Sequence record: SRR31156797_2086
Length of the DNA stretch: 36,797 nucleotides
Strand: one strand, 5' to 3'
Numbering within the stretch: the first letter of the stretch is position 1; every line of letters begins with the position of its first letter. Positions 17,510 to 26,973 of this stretch are shown one piece after another. Under the pieces are notes generated by a model. It saw nothing but the letters and a program-made list of their open reading frames with translations. It had not been told where the DNA came from and did not search any database. A program made the position numbers and the translations under genes.

Positions 17510-17593
17510 AGGATTGATTTTTATATTGTAAACGTAAAATTAGTTAAAAAAAATATGTTATGCTATATAAGTATCAATTAGTGTTTTTGTGAT

Positions 17594-17624
17594 AAAAAAA
17601 TAGCACGGATTATCCATCCGTGCT
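17594..17624 (-). terminator. Intrinsic terminator after nitroreductase
   Basis: AAAAAAAT-AGCACGGAT-TATCC-ATCCGTGCT, 9-bp perfect stem. Confidence 0.75.
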
Positions 17625-17668
17625 TGAGTAGTTTTATTAGAAGTTAATTATCTCCTAAAATTTACAAT

Positions 17669-18337
17669 TTATTTTACCCATTCGACGACTTCTTCCATCG
17701 GAAAGCGAGATTGAGGGAAAGGGGAATCTTCTTTTTTATAACCAAAAGCTACCATTGCAGCAACACCAAGCTTATTGGTATCAACAATACCTTCAGTAGC
17801 TAAAATTTCTTCCACTTTTGTTCGGTCAAAACCTTCAATAGGACAGGAGTCTATTCCAATTTGAGCTGCTGCAGTCATCATATTCGCGAACGGAAGGTAA
17901 ACTTGTTTACAAGCCCAGTCAAAAATTTTACGATCATCTGTTAAATCAAATTCGTTTTCCATAAATCCTTTAAAGAACTTCAATTTCATTTCTTCGATAT
18001 CAGTAGGTAACTTGTCTACCTCTTGCGATTTGTATTTTAAATAATCAGAACCAACGCGCATTTCATCACCTTTTCGAGCCAAAAGAATAACAAAGTGGCT
18101 TGCAGTAGGCAATTGCTTTTGTGCTCCCCAACTTGGTTCCATTAATTTCTCACGTAATTCCATATTTTGTACTACCATAAATTTCCATGGTTCCCAACCA
18201 AACGAACTTGGTGATCTTCTTCCCACTTCCAGAATAAACTCAAAATCCTCATCAGAAATTTTTTGACCAGCTTCAAACTCTTTTATCGCACGTCTGTATC
18301 CATGTGCTTTTAATATTTCTTCTTTTCTCTTTTGCAT
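17669..18337 (-). CDS. NAD(P)H-dependent FMN nitroreductase (NfsB/YfkO-like)
   Basis: RRAIKEF, SPSSFGWEPWKF, GIDSCPIEGFD, AFGY. Confidence 0.92.
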   Translation of the reverse strand: MQKRKEEILKAHGYRRAIKEFEAGQKISDEDFEFILEVGRRSPSSFGWEPWKFMVVQNMELREKLMEPSWGAQKQLPTASHFVILLARKGDEMRVGSDYLKYKSQEVDKLPTDIEEMKLKFFKGFMENEFDLTDDRKIFDWACKQVYLPFANMMTAAAQIGIDSCPIEGFDRTKVEEILATEGIVDTNKLGVAAMVAFGYKKEDSPFPQSRFPMEEVVEWVK

Positions 18338-18431
18338 GATTCTTCTATTTTATCATTACTTGCCAAAAGGATCTGAGAATGCTTTTTTGGTACAGAGCCT
18401 TTTATGCTTACATTCTTTACAAGAATTGGTA

Positions 18432-18503
18432 CAAATATATTTTATATATACTTTTGTGTCAAGTACATACTTTTTTGATATATAGTACCTAAAAAGATAG
18501 TAT
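18432..18503. promoter_or_regulatory. Divergent promoter region with putative HxlR/DUF24 operator
   Basis: Minus-strand TATATTTG box (18432-18439); TACTTTT repeats and AGTACATACTTTTTTGATA...TACCTAAAAAGATAGTAT, resembling boxes recalled from other HxlR-family divergent pairs. Confidence 0.5.
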
Positions 18504-18544
18504 TGTTGAATATCAACAACATACGCTCTTATAATAAGTGAAAT

Positions 18545-18883
18545 ATGACTAAAAAAAGAATAGATTCACCCATTTGTGCATTGGATTATGCATTTCGACG
18601 AATAGGCGGAAAACATAAAGGGCGCATTTTATGGTATATCCATACTGAAAACAATGTATTAAGGTATGGTGAGCTAAAAAAAATGATACAAAATATTACG
18701 TCTAAAATGTTGACCCAAACCTTAAGAGAATTGGAGGAAGATAAGCTAATTAATAGGAAGGTATATCCTGTAGTACCTCCAAAGGTTGAATATTCTCTTA
18801 CCGAAACAGGCGCAGAGTTAATTCCATTTATTGATCACCTGGGAGCTTGGGCAAGACAAAAAATGGAAGAGGAGAATCAATAA
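18545..18883 (+). CDS. HxlR/DUF24 (MarR-like) winged-helix transcriptional regulator
   Basis: N-terminal Cys (PICAL), IGGKHK, LRYGEL, KMLTQTLRELE, VPPKVEYSLT. Confidence 0.93.
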   Translation: MTKKRIDSPICALDYAFRRIGGKHKGRILWYIHTENNVLRYGELKKMIQNITSKMLTQTLRELEEDKLINRKVYPVVPPKVEYSLTETGAELIPFIDHLGAWARQKMEEENQ

Positions 18884-18908
18884 ACTGAATCATTCAATTA
18901 GTTTTAAT

Positions 18909-19772
18909 ATGCGCGAATCAATAAAAAAGTACACATTTCGAGAGGACCTGAAATTAGAATTTGAAATTTTAGATCTTTCTGAAATTTTCAATTCCAAAAA
19001 GCATATGATGACTGTTCCTCACAGAGCGCAATTTTATCATGTGCTTTGGATAGAAAAAGGGGAAGGAACACACTTTGTTGATTTTAATCCAATTGAGATA
19101 AGGGATAATTCCATAATTTTCATCCCACAGAATTGCGTAAACGTATTCGATAAAAGTGGAAGCTACAAGGGAAAAACGATTCTTTTTACGGATAGTTTTT
19201 TTTCGAAGAACAATCAGGACAGGCAATTTTTACATTCTAGTATTTTATTTAGCGATCTTTATGATATTGCAAAAATAAAGGTAGATCCGATAATCTCAGA
19301 AATAATCGTACTTGTTAATGCATTGGAGACAGAATATCAAAGAACTGCAGATGATTCCCATTATCTGATTCTTCATAACTTGCTTCATATTCTTTTACTT
19401 CAATCGGAACGTGAATTGCGCAAACAAGGATTTAAGGAATTGAAAGCCAGTGCAAATCTTGATTATTTGATGTTATTTAAAGATTTGTTGGAACAGAATT
19501 TTAGTAATGAAAAGGCTGTAAAAAGTTATGTCTCTCAGTTGAGTATTTCGGAGAAACAATTGCATAAAGCGACTATGAACTTACTTGATAAAACTCCTAA
19601 ACAAATAATTGATGAACGTGTTTTATTAGAAGCAAAACGATTATTGGTTCATAGTAGAATGAGTATTAAAGAGGTTGGCTATGAGCTTGGTTTTAACGAG
19701 CCAACCAATTTTATAAAATACTTTAGGAAACATGTTCTTACAACTCCATCAGAATTTAGAGAGCATTTTTAA
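18909..19772 (+). CDS. AraC family transcriptional regulator
   Basis: PHRAQFYH..G.H.VDF cupin domain; EAKRLL...SIKEVGYELGFNEPTNFIKYFRKH..TPSEFR; ATG 18909 preferred over TTG 18831. Confidence 0.93.
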   Translation: MRESIKKYTFREDLKLEFEILDLSEIFNSKKHMMTVPHRAQFYHVLWIEKGEGTHFVDFNPIEIRDNSIIFIPQNCVNVFDKSGSYKGKTILFTDSFFSKNNQDRQFLHSSILFSDLYDIAKIKVDPIISEIIVLVNALETEYQRTADDSHYLILHNLLHILLLQSERELRKQGFKELKASANLDYLMLFKDLLEQNFSNEKAVKSYVSQLSISEKQLHKATMNLLDKTPKQIIDERVLLEAKRLLVHSRMSIKEVGYELGFNEPTNFIKYFRKHVLTTPSEFREHF

Positions 19773-19788
19773 GTAAATAATCTACTTT

Positions 19789-19825
19789 GGAGTAAATGTA
19801 TCATACTAGGGAGTAATCTTACCTT
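19789..19825 (+). promoter_or_regulatory. Putative AraC binding site (direct repeat, 21-bp period)
   Basis: GGAGTAA at 19789 and 19810, upstream of CATCTTTG (-7-like) and the SnoaL lipoprotein gene. Confidence 0.5.
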
Positions 19826-19877
19826 TATCTGCCTTTCTTTTCACCTCATCTTTGCATTGTACTTAAAAATTAAAACA

Positions 19878-20726
19878 ATGCGAAAATTATTCATCATCAC
19901 AGTATTAACAATAGCTTCATTTGTAGCATGTGAGGCAGATAATAACGAGGTTAAAATGGAAACATCAAACAAACAAAAAGTAGTTGAACTTTTAAAAAGC
20001 ATAGAAACTGGAGCAACAGAACCAATTGCCTACATAAATCCTAATAAATACATTCAGCACAATCAAGCTGTTGCAGATGGTTTAGCGGGATTTGGAGCTT
20101 TATTAAAGCAGTTGCCCGAAGGAAGTGCAAAAGTGAATACTGTTCGTGTTTTTGGCGACGGGAACTATGTAATTGCACATACAGATTACAACTTCTTTGG
20201 TCCAAAAATAGGAATTGATATCTTTCGTTTCGAAGATGGATTGATTGTTGAACACTGGGACAATTTGCAAGAAAAAGTTACTGAAACTGCATCTGGGCGT
20301 AGCCAGATTGATGGTCCTACTGAGGTGAAAGATCTTGATAAGACTGAAGAAAATAAGAACTTGGTTAAGAATCTATTAAATGATGTATTTCTTGGTGCGA
20401 ATCCAGATAAAATCACAGATTATATTTCGACAGAACAATACGATCAGCACAATCCTGGAGTAAAAGATGGATTAGCGGGATTAGGAGAGGCTTTGGCAGC
20501 TCTTGCCGAGGCTGGCATGCCAATGGTTTACGAAAAGAATCATATTGTTTTGGGCGAGGGGAATTTCGTGCTTTCTGTATCCGAAGGTATTTTCATGAAA
20601 GAGAAAGTAGCATTCTACGATATTTTCAGAATAGAGAACGGCAAAGTTGTTGAACATTGGGATACCATTGAAAAATTGATTCCTGAATCAGAGTCTCAAA
20701 ATAAAAATGGAAAATTCAATTTTTAA
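19878..20726 (+). CDS. Lipoprotein with tandem SnoaL/NTF2-like domains
   Basis: Lipobox FVA-C; internal duplication YIQHN..VADG...DIFRFEDGLIVEHWD / YDQHNPGVKDG...DIFRIENGKVVEHWD. Confidence 0.85.
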   Translation: MRKLFIITVLTIASFVACEADNNEVKMETSNKQKVVELLKSIETGATEPIAYINPNKYIQHNQAVADGLAGFGALLKQLPEGSAKVNTVRVFGDGNYVIAHTDYNFFGPKIGIDIFRFEDGLIVEHWDNLQEKVTETASGRSQIDGPTEVKDLDKTEENKNLVKNLLNDVFLGANPDKITDYISTEQYDQHNPGVKDGLAGLGEALAALAEAGMPMVYEKNHIVLGEGNFVLSVSEGIFMKEKVAFYDIFRIENGKVVEHWDTIEKLIPESESQNKNGKFNF

Positions 20727-20754
20727 GAGAGATATTGGTTGATACATAATATTT

Positions 20755-20787
20755 TACCCTTTGTATTTATACGAGGGGTATTTTTTT
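20755..20787 (+). terminator. Intrinsic terminator
   Basis: TACCCTTTGTAT-TT-ATACGAGGGGTA-TTTTTTT. Confidence 0.8.
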
Positions 20788-20904
20788 ATAGGATGAACTC
20801 TCGAAAATAGTCTAATAAACATCCCTATTTTATTGCGTTTTGGCACAATATATGTTATTTGTTGCAGCGTTACAAAATCAAATAATAACGTAAAATAATT
20901 ACAT

Positions 20905-21597
20905 ATGAAAAAAAGTATCATCATATTATTGGCATTGTTTCTGAGCTTAAATGTTATGGCTCAATCTCAAAAGAATTTTATTGATCAAAATTACATTGAG
21001 GTGAATGGAGTAGCCAAAATGGAGATTGTTCCAGATGAAATTTATCTAAACATTGTTTTGGATGAAAAAGCTACGAAAAATAAGGAAAGTATTGAGGAGT
21101 TGGAACAACAAATGTATGTTGCTCTTGAGAAGGCTGGAGTAAATCTGGAAAAACAGTTAGCAGTTTCCGATTTCGCTAGCAATTTAAAATTTCACTTGTT
21201 CAAAAGAGCAAATGTTCTAAAATCGAAAGTATTCGAACTTGTGGTTCATGAATCGAATACCCTCGCTAAAGTATTTGCCGAATTAGAGCAAATTAAAATT
21301 TCGAATGTGAGTATCGTTAGAACGGCTCATTCCGAAATTGAAAAATACCGACGACAGGTTAAAGTGAATGCTGTGAAAGCAGGAAAGGAAAAAGCTGAAG
21401 CTTTAACCGAAGCTTTAGGACAGCAATTGGGAAAAGCAATTTATATCAATGAAACAGGCTCGAGATATCAAAATGATTATGCCAATACAGCCATTCGAAT
21501 CAGAGGTGCTTCAAGTTTAGGAAAAATGAAAATGCCATCATTGGATTTCGAAAAAATTAAACTGGAATATACCGTGCAATTGCGTTTTGCCTTGTAA
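20905..21597 (+). CDS. SIMPL (DUF541) domain periplasmic protein
   Basis: Signal peptide; IEVNG.AKMEIVPDEI; AVKAGKEKAEAL...LGKAIYINE; C-terminal V.LRF. Confidence 0.88.
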   Translation: MKKSIIILLALFLSLNVMAQSQKNFIDQNYIEVNGVAKMEIVPDEIYLNIVLDEKATKNKESIEELEQQMYVALEKAGVNLEKQLAVSDFASNLKFHLFKRANVLKSKVFELVVHESNTLAKVFAELEQIKISNVSIVRTAHSEIEKYRRQVKVNAVKAGKEKAEALTEALGQQLGKAIYINETGSRYQNDYANTAIRIRGASSLGKMKMPSLDFEKIKLEYTVQLRFAL

Positions 21598-21689
21598 TAA
21601 ATTTATTTAAAATTTTCATGGAGTTCGTTGTGTTTTATGCAAGTTGGAGGACGGCTATTACTCAATGTTCTCTTTGATATTTGAAGATG

Positions 21690-21713
21690 TGCAGCTTTTT
21701 AGCTGCATTTTTT
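21690..21713 (+). terminator. Intrinsic terminator
   Basis: TGCAGCT-TTTT-AGCTGCA-TTTTTT. Confidence 0.75.
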
Positions 21714-21780
21714 GTGACTGAATTTTATCGATAAACGAATTTTTTGTTCTTTTGTGAAAATTTAAATTACAATTTTATCG

Positions 21781-22515
21781 ATGTTGAAGATTATTGCATA
21801 CATTCTCACACCAATATTTTATATTTTATTTTTCCTTTTATTGGTCATTTTTCATCCAATACAGGTAATAAGTTTAAAGTTGTTTGGCTATAAAGCCCAT
21901 AAGAATTCGGTTGATGTTTTAAACTTTTTCCTTATGCGACTGGTAGGAATTTTAGGTGTTAGAATTACTTACGAGGGCAAGTTAAATTTGCCAAATAATC
22001 GTCCCATTATTGTGGTATCTAATCATCAGGGAACCTATGATATTCCCCCAATTGTTTGGTTATTCCGTAAACATCATCCAAAGTTTATTTCAAAAATTGA
22101 ATTGGCGAAAAATATTCCTAGTGTTTCCTACAATCTTCGCCATAGTGGTGCAGCCTTAATCGATAGGAGAAATAGAGCACAGGCAATTCCTGAAATTTAT
22201 AAATTAGGAGAATTGATTGCTAAGAATAATTATGCAGCCTGTATTTTTCCGGAAGGAACCAGAAGTAAGACAGGAAAGATGAAGAAGTTTAAAGCTGGTG
22301 GTATAGAGACCTTATTAAAAGCGGCGCCTAATGCTTTAATTGTTCCTTTTGCCGTCGACGGAAATTATAAAATTGAAAAAAGAGGAATGTTTCCATTGTG
22401 TATTGGTCAGAGAGTAAAGTACAGTATTCTTGATCCGATTGAAACAAAAGGGAAAACTGCAACCGAAGTTACTGAAGAAGCTGAGCAAGTGATTCGCAAA
22501 AAGTTAAATCAATAA
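21781..22515 (+). CDS. Lysophospholipid / 1-acyl-sn-glycerol-3-phosphate acyltransferase (PlsC family)
   Basis: NHQGTYD (HX4D), IDR, FPEGTRS. Confidence 0.9.
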   Translation: MLKIIAYILTPIFYILFFLLLVIFHPIQVISLKLFGYKAHKNSVDVLNFFLMRLVGILGVRITYEGKLNLPNNRPIIVVSNHQGTYDIPPIVWLFRKHHPKFISKIELAKNIPSVSYNLRHSGAALIDRRNRAQAIPEIYKLGELIAKNNYAACIFPEGTRSKTGKMKKFKAGGIETLLKAAPNALIVPFAVDGNYKIEKRGMFPLCIGQRVKYSILDPIETKGKTATEVTEEAEQVIRKKLNQ

Positions 22516-22518
22516 TTG

Positions 22519-23364
22519 ATGGATAATTCTGTAAAGACAGCACTGGTAGTTGAAGGGGGCGCAATGCGAGGAATTTTTGCCGCTGGTGTTTTAGATACTT
22601 TTATAGAGGAGAATTTTAATCCGTTTGATATGATACTTGGGGTTTCCGCAGGATCAATTAATGCGGCGGCTTATTTATCCAAGCAAAAGGAAAGAAATCT
22701 TAAGGTTTTTACTGATTATTCATTGAGACCGGAATACATCAGCTGGAAGAAATTTCTTAAAGGCGGGCATTTAATGGATTTGGATTGGTCTTGGGATATT
22801 ACATCCAAAGAATTACCAATTAAAACAGATGTTTTATTTGAAGATAATCCTGATTTTGAGATTGGTGTAACTATGAATTCAGACGGTAGATCTGTATTTA
22901 TTAAACCAGATTCAGATACTTTAAGTCATGTAATGAAAGCCAGTTGCACAGTACCACTTTTTTATCGTAATTTTCTTGAAATAGATAATCAAATCGTTTC
23001 TGATGGTGGTGTTTCTGCTCCAATACCAGTAAACAGAGCTATAAAGAAAGGTGCAAATAAAATTATGGTAATTCGATCGCGTCCTCATAGTTTTAGAATG
23101 GAAAAAGGGATGGAATCTAAACTAGCCAAACTTTTATTTCGAAAGCATCCAGGATTGGTAACCGCTCTACAGAAACGTCCTGAAACATATAATGCGGCAA
23201 TAGATTTTATAGAAAACCCACCTAGTGGAATTGAAATGGTTGATGTTAGTCCGCCAGAAACATTCCAGACAAAACGTTTTACCCAGGATTACGATATTTT
23301 AATGCAAGATTACCAATTGGGATTACAAGCGGGTAGAGATGCCATCCAAAGTTGGGATCAGTAG
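22519..23364 (+). CDS. Patatin-like phospholipase (YjjU-type)
   Basis: EGGAMRG oxyanion motif, GVSAG nucleophile, DGG. Confidence 0.9.
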   Translation: MDNSVKTALVVEGGAMRGIFAAGVLDTFIEENFNPFDMILGVSAGSINAAAYLSKQKERNLKVFTDYSLRPEYISWKKFLKGGHLMDLDWSWDITSKELPIKTDVLFEDNPDFEIGVTMNSDGRSVFIKPDSDTLSHVMKASCTVPLFYRNFLEIDNQIVSDGGVSAPIPVNRAIKKGANKIMVIRSRPHSFRMEKGMESKLAKLLFRKHPGLVTALQKRPETYNAAIDFIENPPSGIEMVDVSPPETFQTKRFTQDYDILMQDYQLGLQAGRDAIQSWDQ

Positions 23365-23531
23365 AACGATTATCTAGGTTTATCCGTTTTTTTCAGAAGC
23401 GCTATTAAACCTTTCCATGATTTTATAGTCTATGATAGGATATAGAACCAGACTTTCTTATTTCTTATCGGCGAAATGTTAATAAATATCTAAAATGCAT
23501 TTTTGGTTAATATAAAACCGAATAGGAATTG

Positions 23532-23539
23532 TAAGTTTG
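23532..23539 (+). promoter_or_regulatory. -7 promoter box for TonB-dependent receptor
   Basis: TAAGTTTG, 35 nt before ATG 23575. Confidence 0.55.
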
Positions 23540-23574
23540 CTTGAACAAAATAAATAACCTTTTAACCTACTTAC

Positions 23575-26034
23575 ATGAACAAATTAACACTATTGCTTTG
23601 CTTTATTTTTGCGGCAATATCTATTAAAGCAGTTGAACCTGCTGTTAAACCTGAATTACAAGGGGGCGTAATTAAAGGTATCGTAAAAGACAATTCTCAT
23701 GATACACCAGTAGAATATGCAACCGTTTCGGTTTATACCATGTCTGATTCTACATTAATTGATGGAACAATAACTGATGCAAAAGGTGCTTTTGTTCTTA
23801 AGAAATTAAAACCCGGGAGTTACTATGTCGAAGTATCATTTATAGGATACAATAAGGCTGCCGTCCGAAATATTCCTATCAACAAAAAAAGAAAAGTTAT
23901 AGATCTTAAGGTGGTTAATTTGCGCCAGTCTACGGAGTCGTTGGATGAGGTGACGGTGACAACGGAAAGGTTGCCAGTTCAATATCAAATTGATAAAAAG
24001 GTGATTCCGGTAAGTCGTCAAATTACTGCTGCCAGTGGAACTGCTGTTGATGTTTTGGAAAATGTACCATCTGTTAGTGTTGATATTGAGGGGAATATTA
24101 GCTTAAGAGGAAGTTCAAATTTTACGGTATTGGTTGATGGAAAACCATCGATACTTGAAGCGGCTGATATTTTAGAGCAAATGCCTGCCAGTGTAATCGA
24201 AAATATTGAGATTATTACCAATCCATCGGCAAAATACGATCCGGAAGGAACTGCAGGTATTATCAACGTAATTACTAAAAAGAATAAGGAATCTGGATTA
24301 AATGGGGTTGCGAACTTAAATTTAGGTACGCAGAGTAATTATGGTGCAGATATTTTAATCAATTACAGAAAGAAAAAGTGGAACTTTAATTTTGGAGTTG
24401 ATTATAATCATCGACAGTTTGAAGCTGAAAATGAAAGTGAGAATAGAACAACTTTTGAAGACGTAACCAATTTTGTTTTATCTGATGGAGATTCTAAAAT
24501 GTCTCGTGTTGGATATGGATTTAGAACTGGTGTTGATTATGATTTAAACAAGAAAAATAGCTTCTCCTTTGCTTTTAGAATGGGAATGCGCGATATGGAA
24601 CGTGAATCTACGCAAGATTATCAGGAATATACCAGTGAGAATCCGACTAGAATTAAATCTGATAGCAAAAGCAAATGGGAGAGAGATATGGCTTTTGTGA
24701 ATTCGAGCTTTTCATACACTCGTAAATTTGAAGGAAAAGGACATGAATGGTCTAGCCAGGTGAGTTATTCACGACGTGGTAGTGGGGATGAGCAATCTTC
24801 TAATTCTTTATTCGATGAGAATGGTATACAAACATCAGGTCAGATTGCTACTGAAGAAGGACCTGGTTCCAGATGGGAAATTCGTTCAGACTATACTTTG
24901 CCATTAGGGAAAGATAAGAAATTTGAGATGGGATATCAGGGACAAATTAGAAGTTCTGAAGCTGATACAAGACAGGAGGAATATGATCCATTGACTGGGG
25001 AATATGTTTTCAGACCGCTGTACAGTCATGATGTGACCTACGATAGAAATGTACATGGTTTGTATACTACATACGCTAGTAAAATTGGAAGTTTTGGTTA
25101 TCAAGTAGGTTTTAGGACGGAACATACTGGTAGAGAGATCAAATACAAAGACAATTCTGAGAAATTTAAGATAGACCGATGGGATTTCTTTCCAACCATT
25201 CATACGCAAATGGATTTAGGAGATAAAAACCAAATAATGGCTAGTTATACTCGAAGAATTCAGCGTCCGAGAGGATGGTATTTGGAACCATTTGTAACAT
25301 GGACCGATGCTTATAATGTACGTCAGGGAAATGCAGCTTTAGATCCGGAATATATCGATTCTTATGAGTTGGGTTATATGAAACGTTTTGGGGATCAAGC
25401 CATTTCTGTTGAGACATATTATAAAGTAACACATAATAAAATTGAGAGAGTAAGAAGCGTTTACGAGGAAAATGTAATGCTGAGTACCATGGAAAATGTG
25501 GGTAAAGATTACTCTTTAGGAATTGAAGCTACTTTAAATCTTTCCTTTGCCAAATGGTTTAAAAATGATTTGATTGGAAATTTCTATCATTACAAGGAGG
25601 AAGGAGATTTTGCTACTCAAAATTCGGCAGGAGAAGATATTATTCAAGATTTTTCAACCGAAAGTTACAACTGGAGTTTGAGAAATAATTCAACGTTAAT
25701 ATTAAACAAATCAACCAGATTTCAATTTACGGTAAATTACAGATCGGATACAGATTGGGCTCAGGGAAAAAGAGAAGGATTTATAAGCACTTCGGCTGCT
25801 TTTAAGAAGGATTTCTTTAAGCGTAAACTATCAGCAACTTTGCAGGTTAGAGATGTGTTTGGTACATCGAAACATGAAACTTTATATACAGGAACCGATT
25901 TTTACAACTATAGCCAAATGGACCCAAAAACACCAATGGTTCGTTTGAAGTTAAGTTATAAAATTAACAACTATAAGATGAAAAGAGGAAGAAGATCGGC
26001 GAATGGTGTTGATGTGGAAGAGTTTGAAATGTAA
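23575..26034 (+). CDS. TonB-dependent receptor / outer-membrane beta-barrel (non-SusC type)
   Basis: Signal peptide; CarboxypepD_reg-like N-domain; plug NVPSVSVD...TNPSAKYDPEGTAGIINVITKK; GNAALDPEY; no susD partner. Confidence 0.9.
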   Translation: MNKLTLLLCFIFAAISIKAVEPAVKPELQGGVIKGIVKDNSHDTPVEYATVSVYTMSDSTLIDGTITDAKGAFVLKKLKPGSYYVEVSFIGYNKAAVRNIPINKKRKVIDLKVVNLRQSTESLDEVTVTTERLPVQYQIDKKVIPVSRQITAASGTAVDVLENVPSVSVDIEGNISLRGSSNFTVLVDGKPSILEAADILEQMPASVIENIEIITNPSAKYDPEGTAGIINVITKKNKESGLNGVANLNLGTQSNYGADILINYRKKKWNFNFGVDYNHRQFEAENESENRTTFEDVTNFVLSDGDSKMSRVGYGFRTGVDYDLNKKNSFSFAFRMGMRDMERESTQDYQEYTSENPTRIKSDSKSKWERDMAFVNSSFSYTRKFEGKGHEWSSQVSYSRRGSGDEQSSNSLFDENGIQTSGQIATEEGPGSRWEIRSDYTLPLGKDKKFEMGYQGQIRSSEADTRQEEYDPLTGEYVFRPLYSHDVTYDRNVHGLYTTYASKIGSFGYQVGFRTEHTGREIKYKDNSEKFKIDRWDFFPTIHTQMDLGDKNQIMASYTRRIQRPRGWYLEPFVTWTDAYNVRQGNAALDPEYIDSYELGYMKRFGDQAISVETYYKVTHNKIERVRSVYEENVMLSTMENVGKDYSLGIEATLNLSFAKWFKNDLIGNFYHYKEEGDFATQNSAGEDIIQDFSTESYNWSLRNNSTLILNKSTRFQFTVNYRSDTDWAQGKREGFISTSAAFKKDFFKRKLSATLQVRDVFGTSKHETLYTGTDFYNYSQMDPKTPMVRLKLSYKINNYKMKRGRRSANGVDVEEFEM

Positions 26035-26055
26035 GAGCAAATTTAAACGATTTAG

Positions 26056-26087
26056 AAACTCACGGATATCTATTCGTGAGTTTTTTT
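26056..26087 (+). terminator. Intrinsic terminator
   Basis: AAACTCACGGA-TATCTA-TTCGTGAGTTT-TTTT. Confidence 0.8.
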
Positions 26088-26130
26088 GTGCTATTTTGCA
26101 GAAATAAGAATTGTGATAAATGATAAGCAA

Positions 26131-26973
26131 ATGAAATATATTGGAGCGCATGTAAGCACAGCAGGTGGAGTAGAAAATGCTCCGCTAAATGCTCATAAAA
26201 TTGGAGCAAAGGCATTTGCTTTATTTACTAAAAATCAGAGACAATGGACTGCAAAACCTTTGGGAGAGGAGAATATTGCAAAGTTTAAAGAGAATTGTGA
26301 TAAATACGGATTCACACCAAATCAGATATTACCACACGATAGTTATCTAATTAATCTTGGACATCCAGATGCAACTGCTTTGGAAAAATCGAGAACTGCC
26401 TTTTTAGATGAACTGCAACGTTGTGAACTTTTAGGATTGGATCGATTGAACTTTCATCCTGGCAGTCATTTGAAAAAAGTATCGGAGGAAGAGTGTTTAC
26501 GAACTATTGCTGAATCGATAAATTTATCCTTGGATAAAACATCTGGAGTTTGTGCAGTTATTGAAAATACAGCCGGGCAAGGAAGTAATTTGGGTTTCAC
26601 ATTCGAGCAAATAGCAGCTATTATTCATCAGGTGGAAGATAAAGATAGAGTAGGTGTTTGTATTGATACCTGTCATGTATTTACCGCAGGATATGATTTA
26701 TCTACAAAGCAAGGTTTTAATAAAGTATTTGCAGATTTTGAACAAAACATTGGATTTCAATATCTGAAAGGAATGCACCTTAATGATTCCAAAAAGCAAC
26801 TCGCTAGCAGGTTAGATCGTCACGAAGTAATTGGAGATGGTTTTATTGGCTTAATGGCATTCGAGTGCCTTATGAATGATGAAAGGTTTGATCATATTCC
26901 TATGGTTTTAGAAACACCAAACTCGGATAATTGGCAACAGGAAATTGAACTTTTATATGGCTTGCAGAAGTAA
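26131..26973 (+). CDS. nfo: Endonuclease IV (AP endonuclease)
   Basis: [49 protein letters not shown]. Confidence 0.96.
   Translation: MKYIGAHVSTAGGVENAPLNAHKIGAKAFALFTKNQRQWTAKPLGEENIAKFKENCDKYGFTPNQILPHDSYLINLGHPDATALEKSRTAFLDELQRCELLGLDRLNFHPGSHLKKVSEEECLRTIAESINLSLDKTSGVCAVIENTAGQGSNLGFTFEQIAAIIHQVEDKDRVGVCIDTCHVFTAGYDLSTKQGFNKVFADFEQNIGFQYLKGMHLNDSKKQLASRLDRHEVIGDGFIGLMAFECLMNDERFDHIPMVLETPNSDNWQQEIELLYGLQK

Noticed and set aside
21721..21782. AATTTTATCGAT repeated twice upstream of plsC
   Set aside because: AT-rich 12-mer with 50-nt spacing, one copy overlapping the start codon; no further support.
23405..23433. ECF-sigma-like TAAACC-N16-GTCTA upstream of the TonB receptor
   Set aside because: Short and low-information, and a perfect housekeeping TAAGTTTG box lies closer to the start; cannot be supported.
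23575..26034. SusC/SusD polysaccharide utilisation locus
   Set aside because: The receptor lacks SusC signatures, is followed by a terminator and nfo, and has no SusD or CAZyme neighbours.
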